Shown here one piece after another: positions 16,636 through 27,270 of a DNA stretch of 64,000 bases. The DNA lies in the NCBI GenBank assembly GCA_023410595.1, contig JAEYPO010000038.1, positions 18,220-82,219 on the forward strand, read 5' to 3'. The stretch comes from Bacillota bacterium. Lineage in GTDB: Bacteria > Bacillota > Clostridia > Christensenellales > SZUA-584. The position numbers were made by a program, and so were the translations under genes. The number at the start of each line of letters is the position of its first letter. The stretch's first letter is position 1. The notes beneath the pieces are model-generated. The model saw only the letters and a list, made by a program, of their open reading frames with translations. It was not told the DNA's origin and did no database searches.

Positions 16636-17362
16636 CAACATGTTCACAAACTCTTTAGGACATTCAAACTTGGAGGGTACAAGTTTTGAGGTCATGCCCA
16701 ACAAGATTTCCATTTTCGGAATCGAGATAAGCGAGACTATAGTTCTTTCGTGGGCTGTCATGGCTATACTCATAATTGCCGCCGTAATCATACGCGTATT
16801 TGTATTGAGAAAGTTTAGGCCCGTACCGCGGGGAATACAAAACGTGCTGGAGATGTTCGTTAATTTTGCCGAAAACTTCGCAAAATCATCGCTGGGGCAG
16901 CACGGCGCTTCATACGCGTCGTATGTGTTCACAGTAGCTATTATGATAGTATCGACCAGCCTTGCGGAGCTCTTTGGCTTCAGACCGCCTGCGACGGATA
17001 TAAACTTTACGATTGCGCTGGCTGTTATATCGTTCGTGCTTATTAACTTCTACGGCATTTATCATACCGGGATTCTCGGAAGAATAGGCTGGTTCTTTAA
17101 GCCCAAAGCGTTTATGTTCCCGATAAACGTCGTCACGCATATGGTCATCCCCGTATCGCTGTCGTTCCGTCTTTTCGGGAATATGTTCGCCGGAATGGTG
17201 GTAATGGACCTTTTATATAGCGTAATATATTTGTCGGTAGGCATACCTGCCGTACTTGCGATATATTTCAATCTTTTCCATGTCGGTATTCAAACGTATA
17301 TCTTTCTTATACTGACGCTTTCGTTCATGGAAGAGACGGTTGCTTACGGAACAAAAAGATAA
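16610..17362 (+). CDS. atpB: F0F1 ATP synthase subunit a
   Basis: Conserved SLSFRLFGNMFAG arginine motif and multi-TM profile; operon position. The exact start is uncertain. Confidence 0.9.
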   Translation: MEMVKTMLSNMFTNSLGHSNLEGTSFEVMPNKISIFGIEISETIVLSWAVMAILIIAAVIIRVFVLRKFRPVPRGIQNVLEMFVNFAENFAKSSLGQHGASYASYVFTVAIMIVSTSLAELFGFRPPATDINFTIALAVISFVLINFYGIYHTGILGRIGWFFKPKAFMFPINVVTHMVIPVSLSFRLFGNMFAGMVVMDLLYSVIYLSVGIPAVLAIYFNLFHVGIQTYIFLILTLSFMEETVAYGTKR

Positions 17363-17390
17363 TTAATCATATATCAGGAGGAAAAAGGAT

Positions 17391-17621
17391 ATGTCAGCTT
17401 TAGTTGCGATTGGTGTTGGAATCGCGGTGTTTACAGGAATCGGAGCAGGGATAGGAATGGGCATTGCCACAAGCCGCGCCACAGAGGCGGTTGCAAGGCA
17501 GCCCGAAGCGAGCGGCAAGATAAACGCGATGCTGCTAATAGGCCTTGCGTTTGCGGAAACGACTGCAATATACGGATTCGTTATCGCCATTCTCATGATG
17601 GGCAAAATAGGTGCATTTTAG
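17391..17621 (+). CDS. atpE: F0F1 ATP synthase subunit c
   Basis: 76-aa hairpin: GIGAGIGMG...ARQPEA...LAFAETTAIYGFVIA. Confidence 0.95.
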   Translation: MSALVAIGVGIAVFTGIGAGIGMGIATSRATEAVARQPEASGKINAMLLIGLAFAETTAIYGFVIAILMMGKIGAF

Positions 17622-17653
17622 GAGCGGCGTACATACGTGAGTGAGGTGTAGAA

Positions 17654-18133
17654 ATGCTGGAATTATCCCCGTTGGAAATCGGAATTCATATACTGAATGT
17701 CATAGTGCTTTTTATAGTGCTCAGGCTGATTTTATATAAGCCTGTGCTTAAGTATATGAAAAAACGCGAGAATACATTTGCAAATAAGATTGACGAGCTT
17801 GACAACCGCGAAAAAGAGCTTATAAGGCAAAAGGAACAGTATGACAATATGATGGCTGAAGCGGATAACCAGGCTGCGGCCATAATTACAAAGAGCAACG
17901 AAACGGCCAGGGAACACGCGAAAGAGATAATAGACAACGCGAAAGAGCACTCAAGAGACATGGTATTGAGGGCGAAGAAGGAAATAGAAGCAGAAAAAGT
18001 TCAGACACGTGCCGATCTTAAGGTAGAGATTACGGATATGGCTGTTAAGATTGCGGAAAAAGTGCTCGAACGGGAAGTATCTGTTGACGACAACCGTAAG
18101 ATAATAGACGAGTTTTTTGAAAGGGTGGGTTAA
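17654..18133 (+). CDS. atpF: F0F1 ATP synthase subunit b
   Basis: N-terminal TM helix followed by a long charged coiled coil; 159 aa; operon position. Confidence 0.85.
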   Translation: MLELSPLEIGIHILNVIVLFIVLRLILYKPVLKYMKKRENTFANKIDELDNREKELIRQKEQYDNMMAEADNQAAAIITKSNETAREHAKEIIDNAKEHSRDMVLRAKKEIEAEKVQTRADLKVEITDMAVKIAEKVLEREVSVDDNRKIIDEFFERVG

Positions 18134-19945
18134 TTGGCTATAGAGGGCAAACTGAAATCGGCCGTTCAATTAGATGAATTGACCATCCAATCGATCAAAA
18201 AGCGGTTTGAATCTATGACCGGTGAGGAGATCAATTTTAACGTCGAGGTAGACCCTATGCTCCTTGGCGGTTTTGTAGTGGTGCTGAACAATAAAGTATA
18301 CGACAGAAGCATACGCTCAAATCTTGGGCGGCTTAAAGAGTTTATCATAGATTCCGATACCGCTCCATACAGCGACGGAGCGGATATAACTGATTACACG
18401 CTGGATTTTGATACTGAGGAATTCAAACAGGTAACACACGAGCGTATAAATGAGTACTCGGGCGACCTTAACTCCGCCGAGATCGGGACCGTCACATATT
18501 CGGGCGACGGCGTAGTATATGTGGAAGGGCTTGAAGGCTGCAAATACGGGGAACTGCTGCAGTTTGAAAACGGCGCTTACGGCATAGTGATGAACCTGTC
18601 CAAAGAAAAGATGGGGGCAGTGCTGCTCAACGACGCTATAGACGTATCGGAAGGCTCTACCGCAAGGAACACGGGAACAGTAGTGCAGGTGCCCGTGGGC
18701 GAACAGCTGTTGGGCAGGGTGATAAACCCCTTAGGCATACCGATGGATAATAAGGGCAGGCTCTCGTCCGTTAAATACAGGGCGATTGAAGCACCCGCGC
18801 CGCAGATAATAGACCGGCAGGGCGTCAGGCAGCCTCTTGAAACAGGCATAATGTCTATCGACAGCATGATACCTATAGGCAAAGGCCAAAGAGAGCTCAT
18901 AATAGGCGACAGGCAGACGGGTAAAACCGCTATCGCCATTGACACAATACTGAACCAAAAGGGCAAGGACGTATATTGCATATATGTCGCGATAGGGCAA
19001 AAGGCGTCGACGATATCCACCATTCTGCAAACGCTGAGCGAGGAAGGGGCGATGGATTATACGGTTGTCGTAGCCTCGACGGGCAGCGATACGCCGTCGA
19101 TGCAGTACATAGCGCCGTACGCGGGCTGCTCTATAGCCGAGGAATTCATGTATTCCGGCAAAGACGCGCTCATTGTATACGACGACCTTTCAAAGCATGC
19201 CGTCGCTTACAGGACGATGTCGCTTCTGCTGCGCCGCCCGCCGGGCAGGGAAGCATACCCCGGCGACGTATTCTATCTGCATTCAAGGCTGTTAGAGCGC
19301 GCGGCGAAGCTTAACGACGCAAACGGCGGCGGTTCTGTAACGGCGCTGCCGATAATAGAGACAATGGCTGGCGACATATCCGCTTATATACCCACAAACG
19401 TTATTTCCATAACGGACGGGCAGATATATCTCGAATCCGAGCTGTTTAACGCGGGCATAAGGCCGGCCGTCAACGTCGGGCTTTCCGTTTCACGCGTGGG
19501 CGGCAGCGCTCAGGTAAAGGCCATGAGAAAAGTGGCGGGCAGGCTGCGCCTCGACCTTGCGCAATACAGAGAGCTTGCCGTGTTCGCAAGGTTCGCTTCA
19601 GACCTCGACGCCGCCACAAGGGAGACGCTCGAACAGGGCGCGAGGCTAACGGAAGCGCTTAAACAGGGACAGTATTCGCCTCTGTCTATGGCAAGCCAGG
19701 TTATACTGCTCTACGTTGCGGTGAATAAGTTTCTTATCAAGCTGCCGCTCAATCATGTTAAGCCGTTCAACGATCAATACCTCGACTACGTGGACAAAAG
19801 CTACCCGGATGTGAGGATAAATATCGACAAGACGGGCGATTTGTCGGATGAGTCGATATCTAAGCTGCGTAAGGCGGCCGAAGATTTCCGTGTCGCGTAT
19901 TGCCAGAAGAATGGAATTGAGCTCAAGAAAGAGGATGACGAATAA
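18134..19945 (+). CDS. atpA: F0F1 ATP synthase alpha subunit with N-terminal delta(OSCP) C-terminal-domain fusion
   Basis: 603 aa. Roughly residues 1-70 read like the delta C-terminus ([33 protein letters not shown]). An acidic linker follows, then canonical alpha (GDRQTGKT Walker [24 protein letters not shown]). TTG start abuts the atpF stop. Confidence 0.9.
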   Translation: MAIEGKLKSAVQLDELTIQSIKKRFESMTGEEINFNVEVDPMLLGGFVVVLNNKVYDRSIRSNLGRLKEFIIDSDTAPYSDGADITDYTLDFDTEEFKQVTHERINEYSGDLNSAEIGTVTYSGDGVVYVEGLEGCKYGELLQFENGAYGIVMNLSKEKMGAVLLNDAIDVSEGSTARNTGTVVQVPVGEQLLGRVINPLGIPMDNKGRLSSVKYRAIEAPAPQIIDRQGVRQPLETGIMSIDSMIPIGKGQRELIIGDRQTGKTAIAIDTILNQKGKDVYCIYVAIGQKASTISTILQTLSEEGAMDYTVVVASTGSDTPSMQYIAPYAGCSIAEEFMYSGKDALIVYDDLSKHAVAYRTMSLLLRRPPGREAYPGDVFYLHSRLLERAAKLNDANGGGSVTALPIIETMAGDISAYIPTNVISITDGQIYLESELFNAGIRPAVNVGLSVSRVGGSAQVKAMRKVAGRLRLDLAQYRELAVFARFASDLDAATRETLEQGARLTEALKQGQYSPLSMASQVILLYVAVNKFLIKLPLNHVKPFNDQYLDYVDKSYPDVRINIDKTGDLSDESISKLRKAAEDFRVAYCQKNGIELKKEDDE

Positions 19946-20808
19946 TGGCCAGCATGGGGGACATTAAGCACAGCATACATTCGATATCCGAGACTGAGCA
20001 GATAACAAGGGCAATGCACCTTATTTCCTCTTCAAAGATGAGGAAGGCGATAGCGAGGTTTGAATCCAACCATATATACTTTGAACGAGTGCAGTCGTCC
20101 ATAAAGGATATACTTTTACACACGCACGAATTGAGCCACCCGTATATAGGCGAGAGCAGCGGCGGCCGCGCGGCGTATGTAGTGATAGCGGCGGACAAGG
20201 GGCTTTGCGGCGGATACAATCACAATGTGCTTAACCTTGCGTACGAGTATATGCAGAAAAGCGAGGAAAGATACATACTGACCATAGGACAGGAGGCGCG
20301 GGCGTTCTTTGACCGCAGGAAGTATATGGTCGACGTAGAGTTTCTGCATGTATCCCAGAACCCGACGCTGAACTATGCACGTAACATAACGAGCGATATA
20401 TTTGAGCTTTACGAAAGCGGAATTATGGACGAAGTGTACATCGTTTATACGCATTTCATATCCGCGCTGAAACAGGAGCCCAAAGTTTTAAAGCTCCTGC
20501 CGCTTTCAATGTCCAACTTAAGAGGGGTCGAAACGGGAACGGATTATACGGCAGAGCTTGAATATCATCCTTCGCCTAAAGAGGTGTTCGATATTCTCGT
20601 GCCTCAGTATATTATTGGCCTTGTGTACGGCTGCCTTGTGCAATCATACGCGAGCGAGCAGTGCGCGCGTATGACCGCAATGGAGAGCGCCACAAATAAC
20701 GCTGAAGATATGATTGAAAAGCTTACTAAAGATTACAACAGGGCGCGCCAACAGGAGATAACAAAAGAAATATCGGAGATAATGGGAGCTCTTGAAGCTT
20801 TATCATAA
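19945..20808 (+). CDS. atpG: F0F1 ATP synthase subunit gamma
   Basis: ITRAMHLISSSKMRKA N-terminus, ARMTAMESAT and ITKEISEI C-terminus; start overlaps the alpha stop (TAATG). Confidence 0.92.
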   Translation: MASMGDIKHSIHSISETEQITRAMHLISSSKMRKAIARFESNHIYFERVQSSIKDILLHTHELSHPYIGESSGGRAAYVVIAADKGLCGGYNHNVLNLAYEYMQKSEERYILTIGQEARAFFDRRKYMVDVEFLHVSQNPTLNYARNITSDIFELYESGIMDEVYIVYTHFISALKQEPKVLKLLPLSMSNLRGVETGTDYTAELEYHPSPKEVFDILVPQYIIGLVYGCLVQSYASEQCARMTAMESATNNAEDMIEKLTKDYNRARQQEITKEISEIMGALEALS

Positions 20809-22230
<1,422 letters not shown>

Positions 22231-22236
22231 AGGCAA

Positions 22237-22653
22237 ATGCCCGCGAAATACCGCCTTGAAATAATAACTCCCGAGAGGACGTTCTTTAACGGCGAGGTTG
22301 AAAGCGTAATAATACCTACGTCCGACGGATATATGAGCATTCAAAGGATGCACGAGCCTATGGTAATCGTTCTGAGCATAGGTGAGATGAAGCTCAATAT
22401 TGACGGCGAATGGAAGGAATGCACGACTTCGGCAGGCTTTGTTGAAATAAGGCCCAATGAGACGATTATATTCTCGCAGGCTGTGGAATGGCCCGAAGAA
22501 ATAGATCTTAAGCGCGCGCAGGAAGCAAAAGAGCTCGCGGAGGAGCGCATGCGCCAGAAACAGAGCTACCAGGAATATATGCAGAACCAGATCGCGCTCG
22601 CGAGAGCGATGGTACGGCTGCGCGTAGGGCGCAAGAACCGGAATCTGGATTAA
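22237..22653 (+). CDS. atpC: F0F1 ATP synthase subunit epsilon
   Basis: 138 aa; beta-sandwich N-domain (LEIITPERTFFNGEVESVIIPTSDGYMSI) plus helical C-domain; last gene of the operon. Confidence 0.9.
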   Translation: MPAKYRLEIITPERTFFNGEVESVIIPTSDGYMSIQRMHEPMVIVLSIGEMKLNIDGEWKECTTSAGFVEIRPNETIIFSQAVEWPEEIDLKRAQEAKELAEERMRQKQSYQEYMQNQIALARAMVRLRVGRKNRNLD

Positions 22654-22737
22654 CAAGCGATACATTCTTTTTCATATATATCAGCTAAAACCGTATAAAA
22701 ACCTGACTTTAGTCGATAATGGAATCATATAATTTCG

Positions 22738-22756
22738 GCTAAAGTTTTGCTTTAGC
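22738..22756. promoter_or_regulatory. Inverted repeat GCTAAAG-ttttg-CTTTAGC (candidate TetR operator)
   Basis: 7-bp perfect arms, 17 nt upstream of the TetR-family start codon. Confidence 0.3.
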
Positions 22757-22772
22757 TGTGCCGGGAGGAATT

Positions 22773-23351
22773 ATGGCACGCGACAGAGCAACAAAGATGC
22801 TTATTTTAAGCAGCGCAAGGACCCTCTTTTCAGAAAAAGGGTATGATGAAACGGCTGTGGAAGAAATATGCGCGCTCGCCGGAGTAGCTAAAGGCACGTT
22901 TTTTTACTATTTCGAGAGCAAACAGTCTATAGTAAGGTTTATATTTACAATACAGCTCGAAGAATACCGGGACAAGCTGCGCGAGCAGATGGATACGCTA
23001 AAAGACGCGATATCCAAGATGGAATACTATATTTCAGCGCTTATCGAGCAGTGCGACACAGGCACCGAGCCTGAAACATATTTCAAACAGTGCAATTCGG
23101 ACTGGTTTAAGAACGTAGTCAACGAAGAACGAATGAAAATACTTTATCCTTTGCTCGAGGATGTGTTTGCCGAAGGCATAGAGCAGGGCTTTTTCAAGGT
23201 AAAAAACCCTGACGTCTGCGCGGCTATCGCTTTTTTGGGCATCGACGCATACCTGCACCACAGCATTCGCAAGGATGAAGACATGAAAAATGGCATCAGG
23301 GAAATAACGGCCAAAACGCTGGGGGTCAAGGAGTCGGTGCTCGCGATATAA
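22773..23351 (+). CDS. TetR/AcrR family transcriptional regulator
   Basis: N-terminal HTH: ILSSARTLFSEKGYDETAVEEICALAGVAKGTFFYYFESKQ. Start at the ATG behind GGGAGG. Confidence 0.85.
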   Translation: MARDRATKMLILSSARTLFSEKGYDETAVEEICALAGVAKGTFFYYFESKQSIVRFIFTIQLEEYRDKLREQMDTLKDAISKMEYYISALIEQCDTGTEPETYFKQCNSDWFKNVVNEERMKILYPLLEDVFAEGIEQGFFKVKNPDVCAAIAFLGIDAYLHHSIRKDEDMKNGIREITAKTLGVKESVLAI

Positions 23352-23562
23352 AGCCGCTCATAGCTAAGGCGGCCTTTTAGTGAGTAATAATCTACAAAGG
23401 GATAAATGCCAAGAAAGATATATAAGAGTATCGGGCAACAGTATGACAGCGTTTGGCAGGATTAGCATATGTTACGAATGTGTTACGTAACATTGACATT
23501 TTTCGGACGGTAATGTATTATTAGTATACCTAATATGGATAGCTATGCTCAAGGAGAGTAGA

Positions 23563-25074
23563 ATGCCAAAATCGGGCACTATTTTCAACCGGATATTTCG
23601 CAAAAGCAGCAAACCCTTAAACGTACAGAGGGTTGTTATTTCCGACGAGCAAAAACGAATCGCTGAAGAAAACAATCAGGAAAAAGCTTACATACCCGAA
23701 AAAATTACTGCAGCGGATTTGTACGAAGAGAACCTTGAGGATACGCCTGTCGCCGCCTTCCATGAACAGGCTGTAAAGCGGCAGGGCAGACACTACGCAA
23801 AGAAAAAACAAAAGAGTACAGGCGTTTCCGAAAAGATGCCCGTGACCCACGAAACGCAAAAGCGTTATAAGAACAAAAAGAGTTTTGGCGCTAAGATTGC
23901 GTCTGTTTTCAGCAAGCAATTGCAGACGAGCAACAATGCCGCGCTGGAATTCGCCGAAAACAAAAAGCGGGTGGGAAGGAAAGGCAGAAGAAACAGAAAG
24001 ATAGCGTTATATGCAGGTACAGGCATAGTAATCGCCGTTCTTATGCTCGTTATCGTGTTTGTGCCCGGAGGGGCGGCCGCCCCTGCCGACGCTGCCAACA
24101 TGTTGCCCACAGAAGCCGGAAACAAGAATGTGGCGTATGCCGCCAGCAAGTCGGATGAAATAACGCCGGATGTAAGCGGACAGCCGGATGTTAGTGGACA
24201 GCCGGACGCAACCGGACAGCCGGACGTAACTAGCAATGAGAGCTCTACGCCAACGGGGCCTTCCATAACGCCTGCCGTTTCAGATACGCCTCAGCCGACG
24301 TTAATCGCAACGACGCCGCCCGACAAGACGCTTCCGCCCATCAGTGTGGACAAGGAAGTAGACACGTTTATGGTCGACGCCAAGCGTTATTATAACGAAG
24401 TGGGGTATTCCTCCAACTACTATGAATACAGCGATGAAGAGGCATACATGCTTGCCCAGGTCATACACGCCGAGGCGCGCGGGGAGAGCACGAAGGGAAA
24501 GATTGCCGTCGGCAACGTAGTTATGAACAGGGTGCTGAGCAGGGGGTTTCCGGGGAACACGATAAAAGACGTCGTAACGAGGCCAGGACAGTTCGCATAT
24601 AACCCGAATACAAGACCGGGCGTCGCGTCCAAGATAGCGGCGAGAAATGTGCTCGATTTTCAGGTGTGGGTGATACCTCAGAACGTATACTTCTTTAAGG
24701 TGTCGAGTTCAAAATCCAACTGGAGCTCTCATGTCTACCAGTTCAATATAGGGGCTCACGCGTTTTACACCGCGAGCTACAGCGGCAGATTCAGAGGCGA
24801 CAGCATACCTCCCGCACTTTACGAGCGGACGTATAAATGGCCTACGATAGGATGCAAACCGGAAGACAGGGTTTACAGGCTGCAGTATATGCTTAATAAG
24901 CTTGGCTACGACGTCAAGGCGGACAAGTATTTCGGCAAGGGCACGAAGGATGCCGTCATGGAATTCCAGAAAAAGAAGGGGCTTGAAGACGACGGCGTTG
25001 CGGGGCCCGCTACGCTCGAGGCGCTGATATACGAGTTCGGACTGCAGAATTATTATGAGAAGTTCTGCAAATGA
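23563..25074 (+). CDS. Membrane-anchored cell-wall hydrolase (SleB/CwlJ-type Hydrolase_2 domain) with C-terminal peptidoglycan-binding domain
   Basis: Basic N-terminal region, one TM, Pro/Thr-rich linker. MLAQVIHAEARGES..GKIAVGNVVMNRV....FP.TIKDVV..PGQFA (SleB-like). C-terminal YRLQYMLNKLGYDVKADKYFGKGTKDAVMEFQKKKGLEDDGVAGPATL (PG_binding_1). Confidence 0.8.
   Translation: MPKSGTIFNRIFRKSSKPLNVQRVVISDEQKRIAEENNQEKAYIPEKITAADLYEENLEDTPVAAFHEQAVKRQGRHYAKKKQKSTGVSEKMPVTHETQKRYKNKKSFGAKIASVFSKQLQTSNNAALEFAENKKRVGRKGRRNRKIALYAGTGIVIAVLMLVIVFVPGGAAAPADAANMLPTEAGNKNVAYAASKSDEITPDVSGQPDVSGQPDATGQPDVTSNESSTPTGPSITPAVSDTPQPTLIATTPPDKTLPPISVDKEVDTFMVDAKRYYNEVGYSSNYYEYSDEEAYMLAQVIHAEARGESTKGKIAVGNVVMNRVLSRGFPGNTIKDVVTRPGQFAYNPNTRPGVASKIAARNVLDFQVWVIPQNVYFFKVSSSKSNWSSHVYQFNIGAHAFYTASYSGRFRGDSIPPALYERTYKWPTIGCKPEDRVYRLQYMLNKLGYDVKADKYFGKGTKDAVMEFQKKKGLEDDGVAGPATLEALIYEFGLQNYYEKFCK
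24166..24231 (+). repeat. In-frame 18-nt tandem repeat (PDVSGQ x about 3.7)
   Basis: CCGGATGTAAGCGGACAG / CCGGATGTTAGTGGACAG / CCGGACGCAACCGGACAG / CCGGACGTAACT inside the linker of the hydrolase. Confidence 0.85.
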
Positions 25075-25090
25075 CATTAATTTGGCAATC

Positions 25091-25118
25091 AAAAACCGCG
25101 GTAAAACTGCGGTTTTTT
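25091..25118. terminator. Bidirectional intrinsic terminator
   Basis: AAAAACCGCGGtaaaaCTGCGGTTTTTT between convergent genes. Confidence 0.75.
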
Positions 25119-25173
25119 ATATTGATCCGCCAAAAACCGGAATTTTGATTCGCAATATGCGTCCGAATACCGG

Positions 25174-26283
25174 TCAATCACTGTCGAACATATGCCTTAG
25201 CTTTGTTAAAGCGTCGCTGTTGCCGCCCAGCGCTTTCATGGAAAGCTCGCTGAGCATTGGCCTGTCTTCGGGCAGCGCAAGCGCCGCGTCCTCTGAAAGC
25301 AGTTTATACATCGAGGACATACAATCGTTATCCTCGTATATTTCAATGCCGGGGAGTACGGGAAAAACGCCCAGCGCTTCAAGCTTTGCCTGTACGCGCG
25401 GTTCAAGAAGGAACGAGGCGAAATCTACACACGCCTGCCGCTTTTTATCGTCGTCCGACCATACGGCGCTTATAAGCTGCGCCATGTCTGTGTAGCCGCT
25501 TAACGCGTATGCGAGGTACGCAGGCGCCGAGCCCTCTTCGAGCTTAGCATTAACCTCGAATAACTGCCTTTGCGATGCTATAAGCAGCCCTGCCTTACCC
25601 GAGCAAAAGCAGTTAAATCCGTCCGAATACGCCACAACCGTCAGCCCCGTCGCGGCATCCTGAGCAGGAGGCTCATCCCATTGGTATAGCTTAGGGCCTT
25701 CATTTTCGGGGTATTCATGCAGCGCTACAGCCGGCAGCGATAAACAGCCTTCTTCGGAGTCGAAGCATACGCCAAGCCCGGACATGCTTAAAAACTCGTC
25801 GGGGCGAACTCCCCAGCCGCCGGGAGGAAACAGGCCGTTTTCTTCCACCATATCGGCGTTTATCAACAAACAGTACGCTCCGCACATATAAGGATAAGCA
25901 TCTTCGGAAACTTCGGGAAAGATTGTGTCTTTATGCGGCAAGTGAGACAGGGGAAGGTCAACGCTTTGCCCGAGAGGATAAGAGACGATATCGGGGGCTT
26001 CGCCTTTTTGCAGTGCCGCTTCCGCTTCGGCCGCCGTCAGATCGACGAAGTCGATAAATATGCTTGCGTTGCGGGCCTCAAAATCCGCTATCCGCTTTTT
26101 AAGAAACGAACCGCAGGAAGAACCGCCTGTGCGCCAGCCTGTTATGTTCCATAGCTTAAGTATGCCTTTATACGGCACGCTTGCGGGCGTTTCAGAGTAA
26201 TAGGACTGTATAAGCCAGGGCGAAAGCGCTATCAGAATAATCGCCACGGCAAATAAAAAACAGGTAAAAGGTTTGATCTTCAT
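25174..26283 (-). CDS. Membrane-anchored extracellular solute-binding-protein-like protein (orphan)
   Basis: N-terminal TM anchor, then a weak family-1 SBP-like pattern (ILKLWNITGW...; PDIVSYPLG). No permease or ATPase genes nearby. Last gene of the hprK operon. Confidence 0.4.
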   Translation of the reverse strand: MKIKPFTCFLFAVAIILIALSPWLIQSYYSETPASVPYKGILKLWNITGWRTGGSSCGSFLKKRIADFEARNASIFIDFVDLTAAEAEAALQKGEAPDIVSYPLGQSVDLPLSHLPHKDTIFPEVSEDAYPYMCGAYCLLINADMVEENGLFPPGGWGVRPDEFLSMSGLGVCFDSEEGCLSLPAVALHEYPENEGPKLYQWDEPPAQDAATGLTVVAYSDGFNCFCSGKAGLLIASQRQLFEVNAKLEEGSAPAYLAYALSGYTDMAQLISAVWSDDDKKRQACVDFASFLLEPRVQAKLEALGVFPVLPGIEIYEDNDCMSSMYKLLSEDAALALPEDRPMLSELSMKALGGNSDALTKLRHMFDSD

Positions 26284-26325
26284 AAAGTCTCCCTCTTACC
26301 TATTTATACTTGCTTTAGCCTTCAA

Positions 26326-27267
26326 TCATGACTTGGCAAGCATAGCCGCTCCTATAAGTCCGGCGTCGTTTCCGGACCTCGCGAGCTTTATATCGGCGTA
26401 CTTCTGGTTTTCGAATATACCTTTTCCTTCGCTCGCCTTAATTATCTTTTTGAGCAGGAAATCGCCCGCCCCCGACAGCCCGCCCCCGATAGCTATTATG
26501 TCGGGGTCAAGTATGTTTACTATCGTACATATGCCCATCGAAAGATGCTCTACGTATTCGTCCACGATGCTGAGCGCCACATAATCGCCGTTTTTAGCGC
26601 TGTCCATAATCATCTCGGCCGTTACCTTCATGTAATCTCCGCCCGTTAAGTGGTGAAGCATGCTCTCCGGACGATCTATAACGCAGCGGCGGCCTGCGCG
26701 TATAAAAGCGCCTGCCGACGTATACACCTCAAGGCAGCCTTTGTTGCCGCACGTGCACTGCAGTCCATTCGGTACTATGGCCATGTGTCCTATTTCGGCG
26801 CCAAGCCCGTGAGCGCCGCTAAAGACCTTGCCGTCCAGCACGATGCCGCCGCCGACGCCCGTGCCCAGCGTTATTAGCACTCCCACGCGGCAGCCCGCCA
26901 GCGCGCCCAGATGATATTCATACAACGCCGCCACCGACGCGTCGTTGTCAATAACAACGGGTATATCAAGGTGCTTTTTGAATTCGTCGCGCAGGGGCAC
27001 ATTTAACCAGTATGTGTTGTGCACAATAACGGTGCCGTCCTTTAAGCTGACGCCGGGTATGCCTATGCCGACGCCTTTTATTTCGCCTGCGCTTATGCCT
27101 TGTTCTTTAGCGAGACCGGACACAGCGCCCGCCATATCTTTGATTACGGCTTCATAGCCTCTGCCCGGATTAGTGGGCACGCTTGTTTTGCAGACAAGAG
27201 AAAAGTCTTCTGTTACAAGCCCCGCTTTTATATACGTTCCTCCAAGGTCAATACCGGCAAGATACAT
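26326..27267 (-). CDS. glcK: ROK family glucokinase
   Basis: GIDLGGTYIKAG N-terminal ATPase motif, LITLGTGVGGGIV, and the ROK zinc motif GHM...P.G..C.CG..GCLE. Confidence 0.85.
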   Translation of the reverse strand: MYLAGIDLGGTYIKAGLVTEDFSLVCKTSVPTNPGRGYEAVIKDMAGAVSGLAKEQGISAGEIKGVGIGIPGVSLKDGTVIVHNTYWLNVPLRDEFKKHLDIPVVIDNDASVAALYEYHLGALAGCRVGVLITLGTGVGGGIVLDGKVFSGAHGLGAEIGHMAIVPNGLQCTCGNKGCLEVYTSAGAFIRAGRRCVIDRPESMLHHLTGGDYMKVTAEMIMDSAKNGDYVALSIVDEYVEHLSMGICTIVNILDPDIIAIGGGLSGAGDFLLKKIIKASEGKGIFENQKYADIKLARSGNDAGLIGAAMLAKS

Positions 27268-27270
27268 GCT

